DNA from: Promethearchaeota archaeon
GTDB taxonomy: Archaea > Asgardarchaeota > Lokiarchaeia > Sigyniarchaeales > SOKP01
Direction of reading: 5' to 3'
Assembly (NCBI GenBank): GCA_016840085.1
Contig: JAEOTA010000018.1
Span: 64,001 to 128,000, forward strand
DNA: 64,000 bases
Position numbers and translations under genes: made by a program. Below the pieces are notes generated by a model. The model searched no databases. It worked only from the letters and a program-made list of their open reading frames with translations, and was not told where the DNA came from. Below are positions 39,027-50,026 of the stretch, in pieces (positions within the stretch are counted from its first letter, which is position 1; every line of letters begins with the position of its first letter).

Positions 39027-40841
39027 ATGTTGAAAGAGACTAAAGAAAATATTTGGATATTTACATTTGAATATGCAGGAATAGCTAAAGTGGGGGGTCT
39101 TGGAGAAGTTCCTGCAAATCAAGCCAAACACCTTGCTAATGATTTTAATATCACTGTATTTATTCCCTCTCACGGGCAAATTGATCGGTTAAGAAAAAAG
39201 CATATCCTTGAAAAATTACCCTTTAATTGTGTGGGACAAATTAACCCTTTAATTTTTGGAATTAATGAACCAGAAGAAAATTACAATATATCTTTTTTTA
39301 AATTAAGAATAAATAATGTTAACATCATTTTATTATCTGGTGAAAACATATTTACACGTAGGTTTTTGGATGATTCTATTGTTTACAACCCAGATACGCT
39401 TGATGGGAAAATATGTCTTTTTAGCATTGGAATGCGATGTTTTATTGATTTTCTAATTGATGCTCATAAATCTGATTTACCAAACGCAATACATCTACAT
39501 GATTATCATGCTGTTATACCATTTATAGGAATAAAGCAAAGATTAATTAAAAATGGTTTAGATGTACCTTCAATTATTACAATCCATTTATTGACTTGGC
39601 CAAGGTATAATATTGATTTTTATTACGCTTGTGGAATTGATCAAACACCAATAACCATCCTTTTCAAAGATGGAATTAAATCTTTAACTTTAAATGAAAT
39701 TTTTAAAATTCATCAAAATTCAGATCATTACAACGATGTATATCAAAATCCTACAGTTGAACAAATTGGGGCACTTATTTGTGATATAATCACTACAGTA
39801 AGCCAATCCTATTTGATCTCCCATATTATTCCTAACTGTGGAAAATATTTAATTGAATTTAAATCCGATTTTGTCTGGGATGGTTGTGATTGGGATTTTG
39901 AAGAGATTTATCAAAATGTCAATCAAGTTATGGGATATGAAGTGCGGGAGGTGCTTAAAATCCCATATCAACAAAAGCTAACTAAATCTAATTTAAAAGA
40001 ATATTTACTTACCTACAAAATTAGCCATTTAAGCCAAAGTCCATTAATCAATTCAGCTAAAGTATTAGCAACTATTAATGAAATTTCAAATGGAAATCCT
40101 TTTAAAAAAAATGGAATGGTAAAACCCTTTTCTGATTCAGGACCATTAGTTATCACTACAGGAAGAATATCTCCTCAAAAGGGTTTTGATATTGTATTTA
40201 AGGCAGTCCCAGAGGTCTTGGATGTGGTATCTAATGCGAAATTTCTTTTTCTTATATTACCTACTGATTATAGCTTGAATGAAATTAGAGAGTATTCTTA
40301 TTATGTAAAAAAATATCCCCGCAATATTAGAATCATTTTTGGGGTTGCTTCTGAAATTTTTAATTTAGCACATTTGGCTGCAGATGTCTATTGTGCGTTA
40401 TCAAGATGGGAACCCTTTGGTATTATGGCCTTAGAAGCTATGGCGTCGAAGCTTCCAATAATAGCGACAAAGGTTGGAGGGCTCCAAGAAACTATTATAG
40501 ATATGAGAATATATCCTGAAATTGGCACGGGTATTTTAATAGAAAAAGATAATCCCTCGCAATTTTCTGATGCATTAATTTCACTTTTTAAAGCATTAGA
40601 AGTTGCTGATAGAGTAGAAGTTTCTGAAACTCATACGGTTTATGATGCTGATACATTTAAAATTGTAAATCAAATTCCAGATGATATTATTAAATCTCGC
40701 GTTTTGATTGATGCTAACTATTTTTATCAGATAAGAGAGAATTGTATCAAGAGAGTGATAAATAATTTCACATGGAAAAATGTTTCACAAAAATTAATTG
40801 AGTTATATTCCAAAATACAGAAGATTCATAATCTAACATAA
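39027..40841 (+). CDS. glgA: Glycogen/starch synthase (GT5)
   Basis: KVGGLG, HLHDYH, TIH, TTVS, GRISPQKG, SRWEPFG..ALEAMA, VGGL. Confidence 0.85.
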   Translation: MLKETKENIWIFTFEYAGIAKVGGLGEVPANQAKHLANDFNITVFIPSHGQIDRLRKKHILEKLPFNCVGQINPLIFGINEPEENYNISFFKLRINNVNIILLSGENIFTRRFLDDSIVYNPDTLDGKICLFSIGMRCFIDFLIDAHKSDLPNAIHLHDYHAVIPFIGIKQRLIKNGLDVPSIITIHLLTWPRYNIDFYYACGIDQTPITILFKDGIKSLTLNEIFKIHQNSDHYNDVYQNPTVEQIGALICDIITTVSQSYLISHIIPNCGKYLIEFKSDFVWDGCDWDFEEIYQNVNQVMGYEVREVLKIPYQQKLTKSNLKEYLLTYKISHLSQSPLINSAKVLATINEISNGNPFKKNGMVKPFSDSGPLVITTGRISPQKGFDIVFKAVPEVLDVVSNAKFLFLILPTDYSLNEIREYSYYVKKYPRNIRIIFGVASEIFNLAHLAADVYCALSRWEPFGIMALEAMASKLPIIATKVGGLQETIIDMRIYPEIGTGILIEKDNPSQFSDALISLFKALEVADRVEVSETHTVYDADTFKIVNQIPDDIIKSRVLIDANYFYQIRENCIKRVINNFTWKNVSQKLIELYSKIQKIHNLT

Positions 40842-40971
40842 ATCGAGGGATGAGCTTATTTTATTTATTTTTAATGTCTTTAAACTTCACATTGTATCAA
40901 GAATTGACAATATATAATTATAAATATTTCACCTTTTACAATGTAATAACTGTTGTAGGTTGGTTTCTTGG

Positions 40972-42246
40972 CTATAACCAAAACACGAGCAAAAGACCTA
41001 TAAGAGGGATTAAAGCGGCAAAAGGCAAAACCAAAGTAGGAGAATAAATAATCCAAATAAATGCAAATACTTGGTAAGAAATAATTTTAGCTACTTGAAG
41101 ATCTGTAATCCAAATACCCATATAAAATGCTCTATCCATAGGAGCTCGGTTTATTATATATTTCACAGCTCCTGTATATATACATCCCCAACCAAAACCA
41201 AGGCAAATCTGACCAATTATGAAATAGATTAGAAGACCCGTAGCAGAACCGCCCGCATAACAAAGTAAGGTTAATGCTGACAAGCTAAATCCAACAGCGA
41301 GCATTAATTTTTCTGAGACTTTTGGATTATCTACGATTCTTCCCATAATCACCATAGCTAGCACTTGTAAAATAGGGTTAAGAGCAATAACAACACCAAT
41401 TAACCCTATAGAAATACCTGCGTCAGTTAGTATAAGGCTTATTATCTGAAGGAAAGGTATAACACCGAATTGGCGAAAAAAGACACTAATAAAGAGAAGG
41501 AATTTGACCTTTGCTCTTTTTCTTGTGTTTTTCAATTTTCCCTGTACCGACTCTTGTATTAATAATTCTTCTTTAATAATTTCAGTCTCACTGTCATTAA
41601 TTGTCATTTCTTCCTTCTTTATATCTCGCACGGGTATAGCAAATAATAGGGCTATCATTGTTGCTATTATCAAGAAGAGGACTAACGATCCTACTCCAAA
41701 AATTGAAATAATGAAACTTGAACTTAAAACTCCAATAGCCCAACCAGTGCTTTTAGTTGCATTAAGAAGTGATAGCTGAGCTCCACTAACTTCAATTGTA
41801 TCTAAATTTGCATCAAATTCATTTTTTTTATTTGCTTTTTCCACAATATCAGCAAATAAAGCATTCGATGCAGGCATTCTCATCCCTAATAGAGAACCCC
41901 TAAAAAAATTTAATATACTATAAAATATAATATGATTAATCAGATTTAACAATAAAAATACAATAATTTGAGAAAATAAGGCAAAAATGAAAAATAATTT
42001 TCTACGACCTGTTCTGTCGCTTATTCTTCCAAATAACCATGAAAAGATGGCCATACCGACGCCCATCCAAGTCAAAATAAATATTATTTCTCCAGCAGAG
42101 AAACCTTTTGAATCTAAAAATAACGGTAAGAATGCAAAATAAGCATAACCAGCTATACCTGCAAAAAACACAGCAATTGTAAGGGAAATCTTGTTTATAG
42201 TGAATTTTTGTTCATCAGATTCAATCTGAATCTTCAGTAGCTTCAT
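40972..42246 (-). CDS. MFS transporter
   Basis: FGRISDRTGRR (motif A); about 12 TM helices. Confidence 0.9.
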   Translation of the reverse strand: MKLLKIQIESDEQKFTINKISLTIAVFFAGIAGYAYFAFLPLFLDSKGFSAGEIIFILTWMGVGMAIFSWLFGRISDRTGRRKLFFIFALFSQIIVFLLLNLINHIIFYSILNFFRGSLLGMRMPASNALFADIVEKANKKNEFDANLDTIEVSGAQLSLLNATKSTGWAIGVLSSSFIISIFGVGSLVLFLIIATMIALLFAIPVRDIKKEEMTINDSETEIIKEELLIQESVQGKLKNTRKRAKVKFLLFISVFFRQFGVIPFLQIISLILTDAGISIGLIGVVIALNPILQVLAMVIMGRIVDNPKVSEKLMLAVGFSLSALTLLCYAGGSATGLLIYFIIGQICLGFGWGCIYTGAVKYIINRAPMDRAFYMGIWITDLQVAKIISYQVFAFIWIIYSPTLVLPFAALIPLIGLLLVFWL

Positions 42247-42456
42247 GTTAATTGAAATTATTATTTAATTATTAATTTAATTGATGATGAAAGTATTATT
42301 GATTTTTTTTATAAATACAGTATCGCTTCTTAAGATAGGAATTTTACAATTTAATAAATCTTTAAGACAGTAAACATTAAAAAAGATTATTAACGATTTT
42401 TCTATTATTATCCACTCTAAGTATCTTTATAAAATTTCAACCAAAACAAAAAATAC

Positions 42457-44421
42457 TCACGAATTCCAAAAAGGATTTAGATTCTTAAATATAGCATCAG
42501 GTCTATCAGGGATTATTTCCAATTCTTTTCTTATCCACTCTGATATCCATTTATATTTTGTTTTAAATCTACTGTCCATAAAAATTATTGCTCCTTTATC
42601 AGCAATTTTTCTTATTGGTCTTCCGGAAGCTTGATTTGCTCGTTGAATAGCTGGATATAAATATGCAAAATTCCAGCCTTGTCTATTAAATACCTTGTCG
42701 TAATATTTTATTTTTGCCTCAACTCGAGGAGTTGGTAGATGATACGGGAAACCTGCTATTATAACAGAATTCATAAAATTCCCCGGATAGTCTTCTCCTT
42801 CTGAATTTCTCCCACCACAAACTCCTAATAAGACTGCACCTCCATTTGAAGCCATGTTTTTGAAGTCATCCACTAATAAAGCATTTTCAGAGGCTGACAA
42901 ACCAGATTCCTCAAAAAATAATTTTTTATTATTTTTTTCTATTACAAATTCTATCCCATTCCTTATGAGTCCTCTAAGAATTTGATAAGAAGCACAAAAA
43001 ATTCCAATATTTGCAGGAGTTGTACATATCACTTCATTAATTTTATCAATCATTTTTTTAAACATGATTGGTGTTCTATTAACTCTTTTAGTATTTACTC
43101 CTTCAGTTATAATAGCCTTAATATTTTTCTTACTAAATGGGGAATCTGCGATTATTCCTTTATAACTCTTTCCACAATCATTTAATCCCATTAAATTATT
43201 ATAAACATATGGATTAACAGTTCCAGAGAGATTTAAAGAGGTATAACCTCTTTTCAAGATGGGAATAACAATTTCTCTAGGATCCAATGCTACAATTTCA
43301 AGTGAGATTGATTTTCTTCCTTTAACTTCTTTAACATTATAACAGAAAAAATAGTTATCTAAGGAATATGTGTTCAACCATTTCAACCAAAATTCTGCCA
43401 AGTAACCAACAAAATCTCTTGAAATTTCACCATTTGCTAGTTTTTCCTCATGTATTGAAAGGCCAAAATCATTAAAATCTTCAATAAAATTCTTAAATCT
43501 GTTTAGATCATTAAAACCTAATTTTTTATAAATTATTTCTAAAAACTTATCAGGTTTAATTGCCTTTTCTTCAATTCTTAGATCTTCTTTTTGCGTGTTT
43601 AATTGATCTATTAATATTTTAGCAAAACTCTGCATTAGAATAGGAGATCTATACATTTCTAGATCTTTCAAACATAACCTTAATGAATATGGTGTAATTT
43701 TTTTTGAACTTACTTCTGTAGCAACGTCTATTACATTATGACATTCATCTATTACTAAAATACAACTTTGAAGTTCTTTACCAATAAATTCTAAAAAAGA
43801 TTCACGAATAAATGGATTAAAAATCCATTGATAATTGCATATAATAACTTTCATTTTCTCAAGTAAGAACTTACTTAAAAAATAAGGACAAAATTTTTTT
43901 TCCTTACAGAACATTATGAGTTCTTCGGCATCTATAGGTTTATTAAACAATTCTGGTGCAATTAATAAGGGATTTTCAGTTTGTCCTTTTTTTTTTAATA
44001 AGTTGATAAAATGTCTGCAACTCCTATTTTTCCGTAAATCGCTACAAACTGACATTGCTTCTCTTGGATTTAACTTAAGAGATAATAAAGTTTCATTTAG
44101 GCACATCTCATTTCTACCTCTTATCGAAAGCCCATTAATCTTAACTCCAAGATGGGCATCGTTTATTTTTTGTGAGATCTTTATCAATTCTTTGATTATC
44201 CGCCGATTTTGAGAATGTGTTCTGCACATATAAATAATTTTAAGATCTTTTTCAAAAGCTAAAGGTAGAAGTCCACAGAGAGCAATTATTGTCTTTCCTG
44301 TTCCATTAGGGGCTGATAATAAAGTGATCTTTTTTGATCTTGAACTCAATTCGATCTGCTTAGTAATATTCTCTTGATTTTCTCTGAATTGCTTGTATGG
44401 AAAAAAAGATAAATAATCTAT
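42457..44421 (-). CDS. xpd: XPD/Rad3/DinG-family Fe-S DNA helicase; ATA start restores the Q-motif
   Basis: FPYKQFRENQ upstream of the track start, APNGTGKT, RTHSQ, Fe-S Cys (MCLN, CSDL, SC, CPY), DECHN, SGT, GRNSEG.DY, QASGRPIR...DKG. Confidence 0.9.
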   Translation of the reverse strand: MDYLSFFPYKQFRENQENITKQIELSSRSKKITLLSAPNGTGKTIIALCGLLPLAFEKDLKIIYMCRTHSQNRRIIKELIKISQKINDAHLGVKINGLSIRGRNEMCLNETLLSLKLNPREAMSVCSDLRKNRSCRHFINLLKKKGQTENPLLIAPELFNKPIDAEELIMFCKEKKFCPYFLSKFLLEKMKVIICNYQWIFNPFIRESFLEFIGKELQSCILVIDECHNVIDVATEVSSKKITPYSLRLCLKDLEMYRSPILMQSFAKILIDQLNTQKEDLRIEEKAIKPDKFLEIIYKKLGFNDLNRFKNFIEDFNDFGLSIHEEKLANGEISRDFVGYLAEFWLKWLNTYSLDNYFFCYNVKEVKGRKSISLEIVALDPREIVIPILKRGYTSLNLSGTVNPYVYNNLMGLNDCGKSYKGIIADSPFSKKNIKAIITEGVNTKRVNRTPIMFKKMIDKINEVICTTPANIGIFCASYQILRGLIRNGIEFVIEKNNKKLFFEESGLSASENALLVDDFKNMASNGGAVLLGVCGGRNSEGEDYPGNFMNSVIIAGFPYHLPTPRVEAKIKYYDKVFNRQGWNFAYLYPAIQRANQASGRPIRKIADKGAIIFMDSRFKTKYKWISEWIRKELEIIPDRPDAIFKNLNPFWNS

Positions 44422-44519
44422 CCTAGTACACCAAATTCTAATATATAAAATTGATACGATTTTAACCCTTATATTACCATAGACTATAAAAATTTATTTA
44501 TTAAGAATAGGCAGTAAAG

Positions 44520-45956
44520 TTAATCATGTAATACAGGTTTTCTCGCAGCAAGAACAGCATCTAAACGTTTAACAGGCATGCGATAGGGGGCATTTTTTAA
44601 AAGTTCTGGATTATCTTTTGCTTCTTCTTTAATTTTATTCATTATTTCAACAAAAGAATCTAGAGATTTTTTTGATTCAGTTTCAGTAGGCTCTATCATT
44701 AAAGCACCTTGAACTATTAATGGAAAATAAATGGTTGGTGCGTATATTCCATAATCTAAAATACGTTTAGCAATATCTTCTGTAGTGATATCATTTGCCA
44801 TATCTCTATCTGAAAGTATAAATTCATGTTTACAGATTCTGTTGTATGGAAGATTATAATTCTGCTGTAATAAAACTCTTAAATAATTTGCATTTAAAAC
44901 CGCAATCTGACCAACTTTTTTCAGTCCGTCAGCGCCTAGTGCTAAAATATATGCATAAGCTCTTATAATTACTCCGAAATTGCCCCAAAATGCTTTAATT
45001 CTTCCAATTGATTTGTCATTGCTTTCTCGACATATTATCCCGTCCTTAGTTGAGATTAAAAAGGGTTCAGGAAGAAAATCAATTAATTCATTTACAACGC
45101 CAATAGGTCCAGATCCTGGTCCACCCCCACCATGTGGTGTAGAAAAAGTCTTATGTAGATTTAGATGAACAATATCAAATCCCATATCCTTAGGACGGCA
45201 TATTCCTAACATTGGATTTAGGTTTGCTCCATCATAATAACATAATCCACCATTATCATGTACAATTCGTGTGATCTCCTTTATTTGTCTATCAAAAACT
45301 CCTAAAGTATTAGGATTAGTAAGCATAATTCCAGCAACATCGCCTTCTAGCATAGCAAATTCCAATTGATCCAATGGAACCTCTCCATTTTCATCTGACT
45401 TTAATTCTATAATCGAGAATCCTGCCATTTTTGCAGAAGCAGGATTAGTGCCATGTGCAGAATCGGGAATTATTATTTTTCCTTTTTTGAGGTTTTTATT
45501 CTCAAAATACTTTTTTATAATTAATAATCCGACTAATTCTCCATGAGCTCCCGCTGCTGGTTGTAAAGTGAACCCTTCCATCCCAGTTATTTCTTCTAAT
45601 GATTCTGATAATCTATGCATAATTTCCAGAGCACCATGATTTTTTTCTTGTAATGGATGAATTTGGGAAAATTCTGGCAAACGGGCAATAATTTCATTAA
45701 TTTTTGGATTATATTTCATAGTGCAGGATCCTAAGGGATAAATTCCTGTATCAACACCATAATTTTTTTGGCTTAAGTTGATGAAATGACGAACTATCTC
45801 TACTTCTGGAACATTAGGAATGGAAATGTCTTTCCTTTGAAGCGTTTTAGGAATAATTTCGTCCAGATTAATGGTCCTAATATCCATAGCTGGTATAAAA
45901 TTGCATAGTTCATTCTCATTTCCTTTTTCAAAAATTGACGTTGGTTTTGAGTTTAT
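44520..45956 (-). CDS. gcvPB: Glycine dehydrogenase (decarboxylating) subunit 2
   Basis: YPLGSCTMKYNP, QPAAGAHGE, SAHGTNPASA, HLNLHKTFSTPHGGGGPG, IEPTETE; N-terminal SIFEKG needs the ATA start at 45956. Confidence 0.95.
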   Translation of the reverse strand: MNSKPTSIFEKGNENELCNFIPAMDIRTINLDEIIPKTLQRKDISIPNVPEVEIVRHFINLSQKNYGVDTGIYPLGSCTMKYNPKINEIIARLPEFSQIHPLQEKNHGALEIMHRLSESLEEITGMEGFTLQPAAGAHGELVGLLIIKKYFENKNLKKGKIIIPDSAHGTNPASAKMAGFSIIELKSDENGEVPLDQLEFAMLEGDVAGIMLTNPNTLGVFDRQIKEITRIVHDNGGLCYYDGANLNPMLGICRPKDMGFDIVHLNLHKTFSTPHGGGGPGSGPIGVVNELIDFLPEPFLISTKDGIICRESNDKSIGRIKAFWGNFGVIIRAYAYILALGADGLKKVGQIAVLNANYLRVLLQQNYNLPYNRICKHEFILSDRDMANDITTEDIAKRILDYGIYAPTIYFPLIVQGALMIEPTETESKKSLDSFVEIMNKIKEEAKDNPELLKNAPYRMPVKRLDAVLAARKPVLHD

Positions 45957-47299
45957 ATTCTTTCACCATCCTCGTTATTTTTTAAAGCTATTTTAGCTGC
46001 CTTTATAAAATTATCTATAGATTTTTTTGAATTCATTTCAGTGACGCAAACTAATGCAGTACCTTTCATTTCGGGGTAAAATTTTGTAATTTTCAGAGGT
46101 GGAAGTAAATTCATCTTATAGCAATGCTCAATGAAAGCATCTAAATTAGGACATTGGATTAAAAATTCATTGTACGTTGGTTTAACATTTAAAATTTTAT
46201 AACCTGGAACTTTACTAAGCTCTCTTTTTACGTAATTGGATTTTTGAATATTCTGAATCGCAACTTTCCGAAGACCAGTTCTACCTAAAGCTAAAAGGTA
46301 CGTCAGTGCTGCTAACGAGCATAATGCTTGGTTAGTACAGATATTCGAAGATGCTTTCTCTCGTCGAATATGTTGTTCACGTGCTTGTAATGTTAAAAGA
46401 AATCCTTCTTTTTCACCGTTAATTTCTTTAGTCTTTCCTATCAATCTTCCGGGAATTTTTCTCAAAAATTTCTGTTTTGTAGCAAAAATTCCTAAACCAG
46501 GCCCACCGAAAGATGGATTTATTCCAAAAGATTGCCCTTCTGCTACAAAAATATCTATATTTGTTTCTCCTGGAGGTTTCAAAATTCCTAGACATGTAGG
46601 ATCAGTCATGACTTGAATTAATAAACAGTTAGGGAACTTTTGCTTTACATCCTTTGCTAACTGTGAAATATCATTAATATCTCCGAAAAAATTAGGATTT
46701 TGAAATAGTACTGCTGCATCATCATTATCTAATTTATTTAATAGATTATCTTCTGTTGCTGATTTTATTAAAATATTTTGACCCCAACAATATGTTTTTA
46801 CAACCTCTAAATATTCTGGGTGAATTCCTTCAAGCATCATTATAGATTTTTTGTTAGTAATGATTGTAGCCATAATTGCAGCTTCTGCAAGAGCCGTGGA
46901 TCCATCATACATACTTGCATTGGCTACATCCATTTGAGTAAGTCGTGAAATAATTGTTTGATATTCATAAATAGCTTGTAAATATCCCTGACTTGCTTCA
47001 GCTTGATATGGTGTATAAGATGTATAAAATTCCGATCTAGAAATAACAAAATCTACTAATGAAGGAATATAATGATAATAACATCCTGCTCCTAAAAAAG
47101 CACTTGAATATAATTTATTTTTATTTGCTATTTCTTCTAATTTTCGTAAAAGATCTGGTTCTGAAAGAGATGAAGGTAAATCTAACTTTTCCAAATGCAA
47201 ATCTTTTGGAATGTCGTGAAATAAATCATCTAATTTACTAACACCTATTATTTTTAACATTTCTTTTACACTTAAATCATCATGAGGTACAAAATCCAT
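45953..47299 (-). CDS. gcvPA: Glycine dehydrogenase (decarboxylating) subunit 1
   Basis: FLGAG.Y.HYIP, EFYTSYTPYQAEASQG, NASMYDG, LQAREQHIRREKASSNICTNQ; GAGGTG SD before ATG 47299. Confidence 0.95.
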   Translation of the reverse strand: MDFVPHDDLSVKEMLKIIGVSKLDDLFHDIPKDLHLEKLDLPSSLSEPDLLRKLEEIANKNKLYSSAFLGAGCYYHYIPSLVDFVISRSEFYTSYTPYQAEASQGYLQAIYEYQTIISRLTQMDVANASMYDGSTALAEAAIMATIITNKKSIMMLEGIHPEYLEVVKTYCWGQNILIKSATEDNLLNKLDNDDAAVLFQNPNFFGDINDISQLAKDVKQKFPNCLLIQVMTDPTCLGILKPPGETNIDIFVAEGQSFGINPSFGGPGLGIFATKQKFLRKIPGRLIGKTKEINGEKEGFLLTLQAREQHIRREKASSNICTNQALCSLAALTYLLALGRTGLRKVAIQNIQKSNYVKRELSKVPGYKILNVKPTYNEFLIQCPNLDAFIEHCYKMNLLPPLKITKFYPEMKGTALVCVTEMNSKKSIDNFIKAAKIALKNNEDGERI

Positions 47300-47359
47300 C
47301 CAAGACACCTCAAACATAAAAATTATGAGTAGTTAATTTAAAAAAGAAGAAAAAAAACA

Positions 47360-47764
47360 TTAATGATCCTCTTGTTCGATCAATTCTTTATATTGTTCGA
47401 GTGACAGAAGATCTCCTATTTCATCATTATGATTAACTTTTATTTTTATTATCCAACCATCTTCATATGGAGATTTATTTATTAATTCTGGGTTATTGGT
47501 AAGGTTTTCATTGGTTTCAATAATTTCTCCTGACAGTGGCATTAAAACATCACCTACAGCTTTTACAGACTCAATTTCTGCAGTGTTACTGCCCTTTTCA
47601 AATACCATACCAACATCAGGGAGCTCAATGAAAACAATATCTCCTAGTTGATGTTGTGCATAGTCAGTAATCCCTACTGTACCAATATTATCTTTGATTT
47701 TTATCCATTCGTGAGTAGAGGTATAATTTATATCATTAGGTAATTTGTAATCCATAATTTTCAC
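47360..47764 (-). CDS. gcvH: Glycine cleavage system H protein
   Basis: HEW, VGITDYAQHQLGDIVFIELP, ESVKA (lipoyl-Lys), PYEDGW. Confidence 0.96.
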   Translation of the reverse strand: MKIMDYKLPNDINYTSTHEWIKIKDNIGTVGITDYAQHQLGDIVFIELPDVGMVFEKGSNTAEIESVKAVGDVLMPLSGEIIETNENLTNNPELINKSPYEDGWIIKIKVNHNDEIGDLLSLEQYKELIEQEDH

Positions 47765-47793
47765 TTATTTTCTAAAACTTTAATTATTTGTCC

Positions 47794-48891
47794 TTACACA
47801 TTTCTATAAAAAGGCGTTTGTACGATGATTCCTCTTAAAAGTTTGTTTCTAATTTCAATTTCCAATTCTGTACCAACTTCCTTATATTGAGTTTTTATTA
47901 GACCTAAACCAATAGTCTTCTCTAGAGTTGGTGAATAACCACCAGAAGTTACATACCCAATTTCATTTTCATCTTTAAAAATTTTATAGTTTTCTCTTAT
48001 AATACCCTTATCTATTAAGTTTAGTCCAACTAATGTTCTTTCTGTTCCTTCTGATTTCTGTTTCATTAATACTTCTTTACCAAGATAATCTATTGCTTCT
48101 TTTGGTTTGGCTAACCAATTAAGCCCAGCTTCAATAGGAGTAATTGAATCACTAATCTCATGACCATATAATGAATAACATGCCTCTAATCTCAAGGAGT
48201 CTCTTGCACCTAATCCAGCAGGAGTTGCACCTATTTCTATTAAAATGTTCCAGATTTTCACAGCATATTTATTCTCAAGTGAAAGTTCAAACCCACGTTC
48301 CCCTGTGTATCCTGTTCTTGTAATAAAAATAGGTATGTTATTTAACTTACAATGTGCAAAATAGAATCTATTTATCTTTGCTAAATCAACATCTACTAAT
48401 GGTTGTAAGAGAGTATCGCTTTCTGGACCCTGAAAGGCTAACCTAGATCGTTCATTTGAAAGGTTTGATATCTTTACATCTTGATTCTTAATATGTTTAT
48501 TTAACCATTGCTGATCCTTTTCAATATTAACAGCATTCACAATCATTCTAAAAAAGTCTTCATTTTCCTCATAGTAAACTAAGTCATCAACAACTGTACC
48601 ATTCTCATAGCACATACAAGAATATTGCCCTTTTGATTTCTCTAATAAATTCAAATCATTTATCATTATATATTGAAGAAAAGGGATAATATCTCTACCT
48701 TTTAGAATAAATTCTCCCATATGTGAGATATCAAACACTCCAGCTTTAGATCTAACTGCGTTATGCTCCTTTATGATACTCTCGTATTGTACTGGCATAA
48801 AAAAGTTAGCAAACTCAACCATTCTTGCGCCAAGTTTTATATGTTCCTCATAAAGTGGAGTTTTTTTCAATATCTTGTGTTCTTCATTCAT
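47794..48891 (-). CDS. gcvT: Aminomethyltransferase (T protein)
   Basis: KTPLY..H, FDISHMGE, RTGYTGE.GFE, GLGARDSLRLEA. Confidence 0.96.
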   Translation of the reverse strand: MNEEHKILKKTPLYEEHIKLGARMVEFANFFMPVQYESIIKEHNAVRSKAGVFDISHMGEFILKGRDIIPFLQYIMINDLNLLEKSKGQYSCMCYENGTVVDDLVYYEENEDFFRMIVNAVNIEKDQQWLNKHIKNQDVKISNLSNERSRLAFQGPESDTLLQPLVDVDLAKINRFYFAHCKLNNIPIFITRTGYTGERGFELSLENKYAVKIWNILIEIGATPAGLGARDSLRLEACYSLYGHEISDSITPIEAGLNWLAKPKEAIDYLGKEVLMKQKSEGTERTLVGLNLIDKGIIRENYKIFKDENEIGYVTSGGYSPTLEKTIGLGLIKTQYKEVGTELEIEIRNKLLRGIIVQTPFYRNV

Positions 48892-49056
48892 TTTTACTAC
48901 ACTCTTTTAATAGCATTAATGTGTAAATCATTAATATAAATTAATGATTAAATTAAATTTTTAGGGTTAAATGTAATCCTTTATTTAAGATTAATACTGA
49001 AAAATCAATATCAATAATCATAAAAGTTTAATTATTAAGCTTATTTTTATAAAAAA

Positions 49057-49962
49057 ATGAATGATGATAAAAATAATAAGAATTATTTCTTATCTTTTAT
49101 AGATATAATAAATGAGAGCTTAATAAGAGACTTCATTTTATTCAGCTTCCTTTTTGTATTAGTATTAACTCAAGTATGGGACAATATTTTTTTATTGTTA
49201 TTTCCTTTAATTACATTTTCATTTTCATTATTTTTTAGAGTAATTAACACAAATAAATGGAGAACTGAATTTGATAATAGTCCTATTATTTACAATCCTT
49301 TAGGATTAGAAAAAAAACATGCGAATCGATTATTTTTTTCAGCTTTAATCCAATTGCTCTTAATATTTTGGATGGGGAGTGAGTCTTTATATCATCCACA
49401 TTTGATTACAGAATATATTCCGTACTTTACGATTTTATTTATTTTCTCATATACTTTTGGATTTTTTTGGATTTTTCTTGATTTTTGGAAATATTCTAAA
49501 ATAGAGATAACTACCAGATCAAATGATCTAAAATCTTCTCAAGAGAGTGAGAAAGCTTTTTCTCATGATTTAAGCAAAGTCATATCTTTCTTAAAAATGA
49601 AAGAGTTTATAATAATTTCTATTGTTAATTTTTCGGTATTTGTTGTTTTAAATCTTATAAATTTGATATCTATGATACTTATACAAAATAATTTCCCTTT
49701 GAGATTAGAGCTTAATTTACCAGGAACAAGAAGCCAAGGGTCAAATCCAATAACCTTACCATTAAGTTTCTACGGTTTCCTTATTATTTCACCTGTATTA
49801 ACAATTATTTTTCTAATTTTTAATTATAGATTTATTAACAATATTAATATAGAAAAACTACATGAGATTCTTGAGTCCTTACCAAGAACCATTCAAATAA
49901 AAGTAATTGAAAACCTTAAAACATTGAATAACAAAATAGAAGAAGATTTGAAAATTGAATAA
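49057..49962 (+). CDS. Hypothetical membrane protein
   Basis: 301-aa ORF with about 6 hydrophobic segments. Confidence 0.65.
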   Translation: MNDDKNNKNYFLSFIDIINESLIRDFILFSFLFVLVLTQVWDNIFLLLFPLITFSFSLFFRVINTNKWRTEFDNSPIIYNPLGLEKKHANRLFFSALIQLLLIFWMGSESLYHPHLITEYIPYFTILFIFSYTFGFFWIFLDFWKYSKIEITTRSNDLKSSQESEKAFSHDLSKVISFLKMKEFIIISIVNFSVFVVLNLINLISMILIQNNFPLRLELNLPGTRSQGSNPITLPLSFYGFLIISPVLTIIFLIFNYRFINNINIEKLHEILESLPRTIQIKVIENLKTLNNKIEEDLKIE

Positions 49963-50026
49963 AATTTAATTAAATCAAGTTTAATATTAATAATAATAGT
50001 GTTTAGATTAAATTTGGATCTTGATT

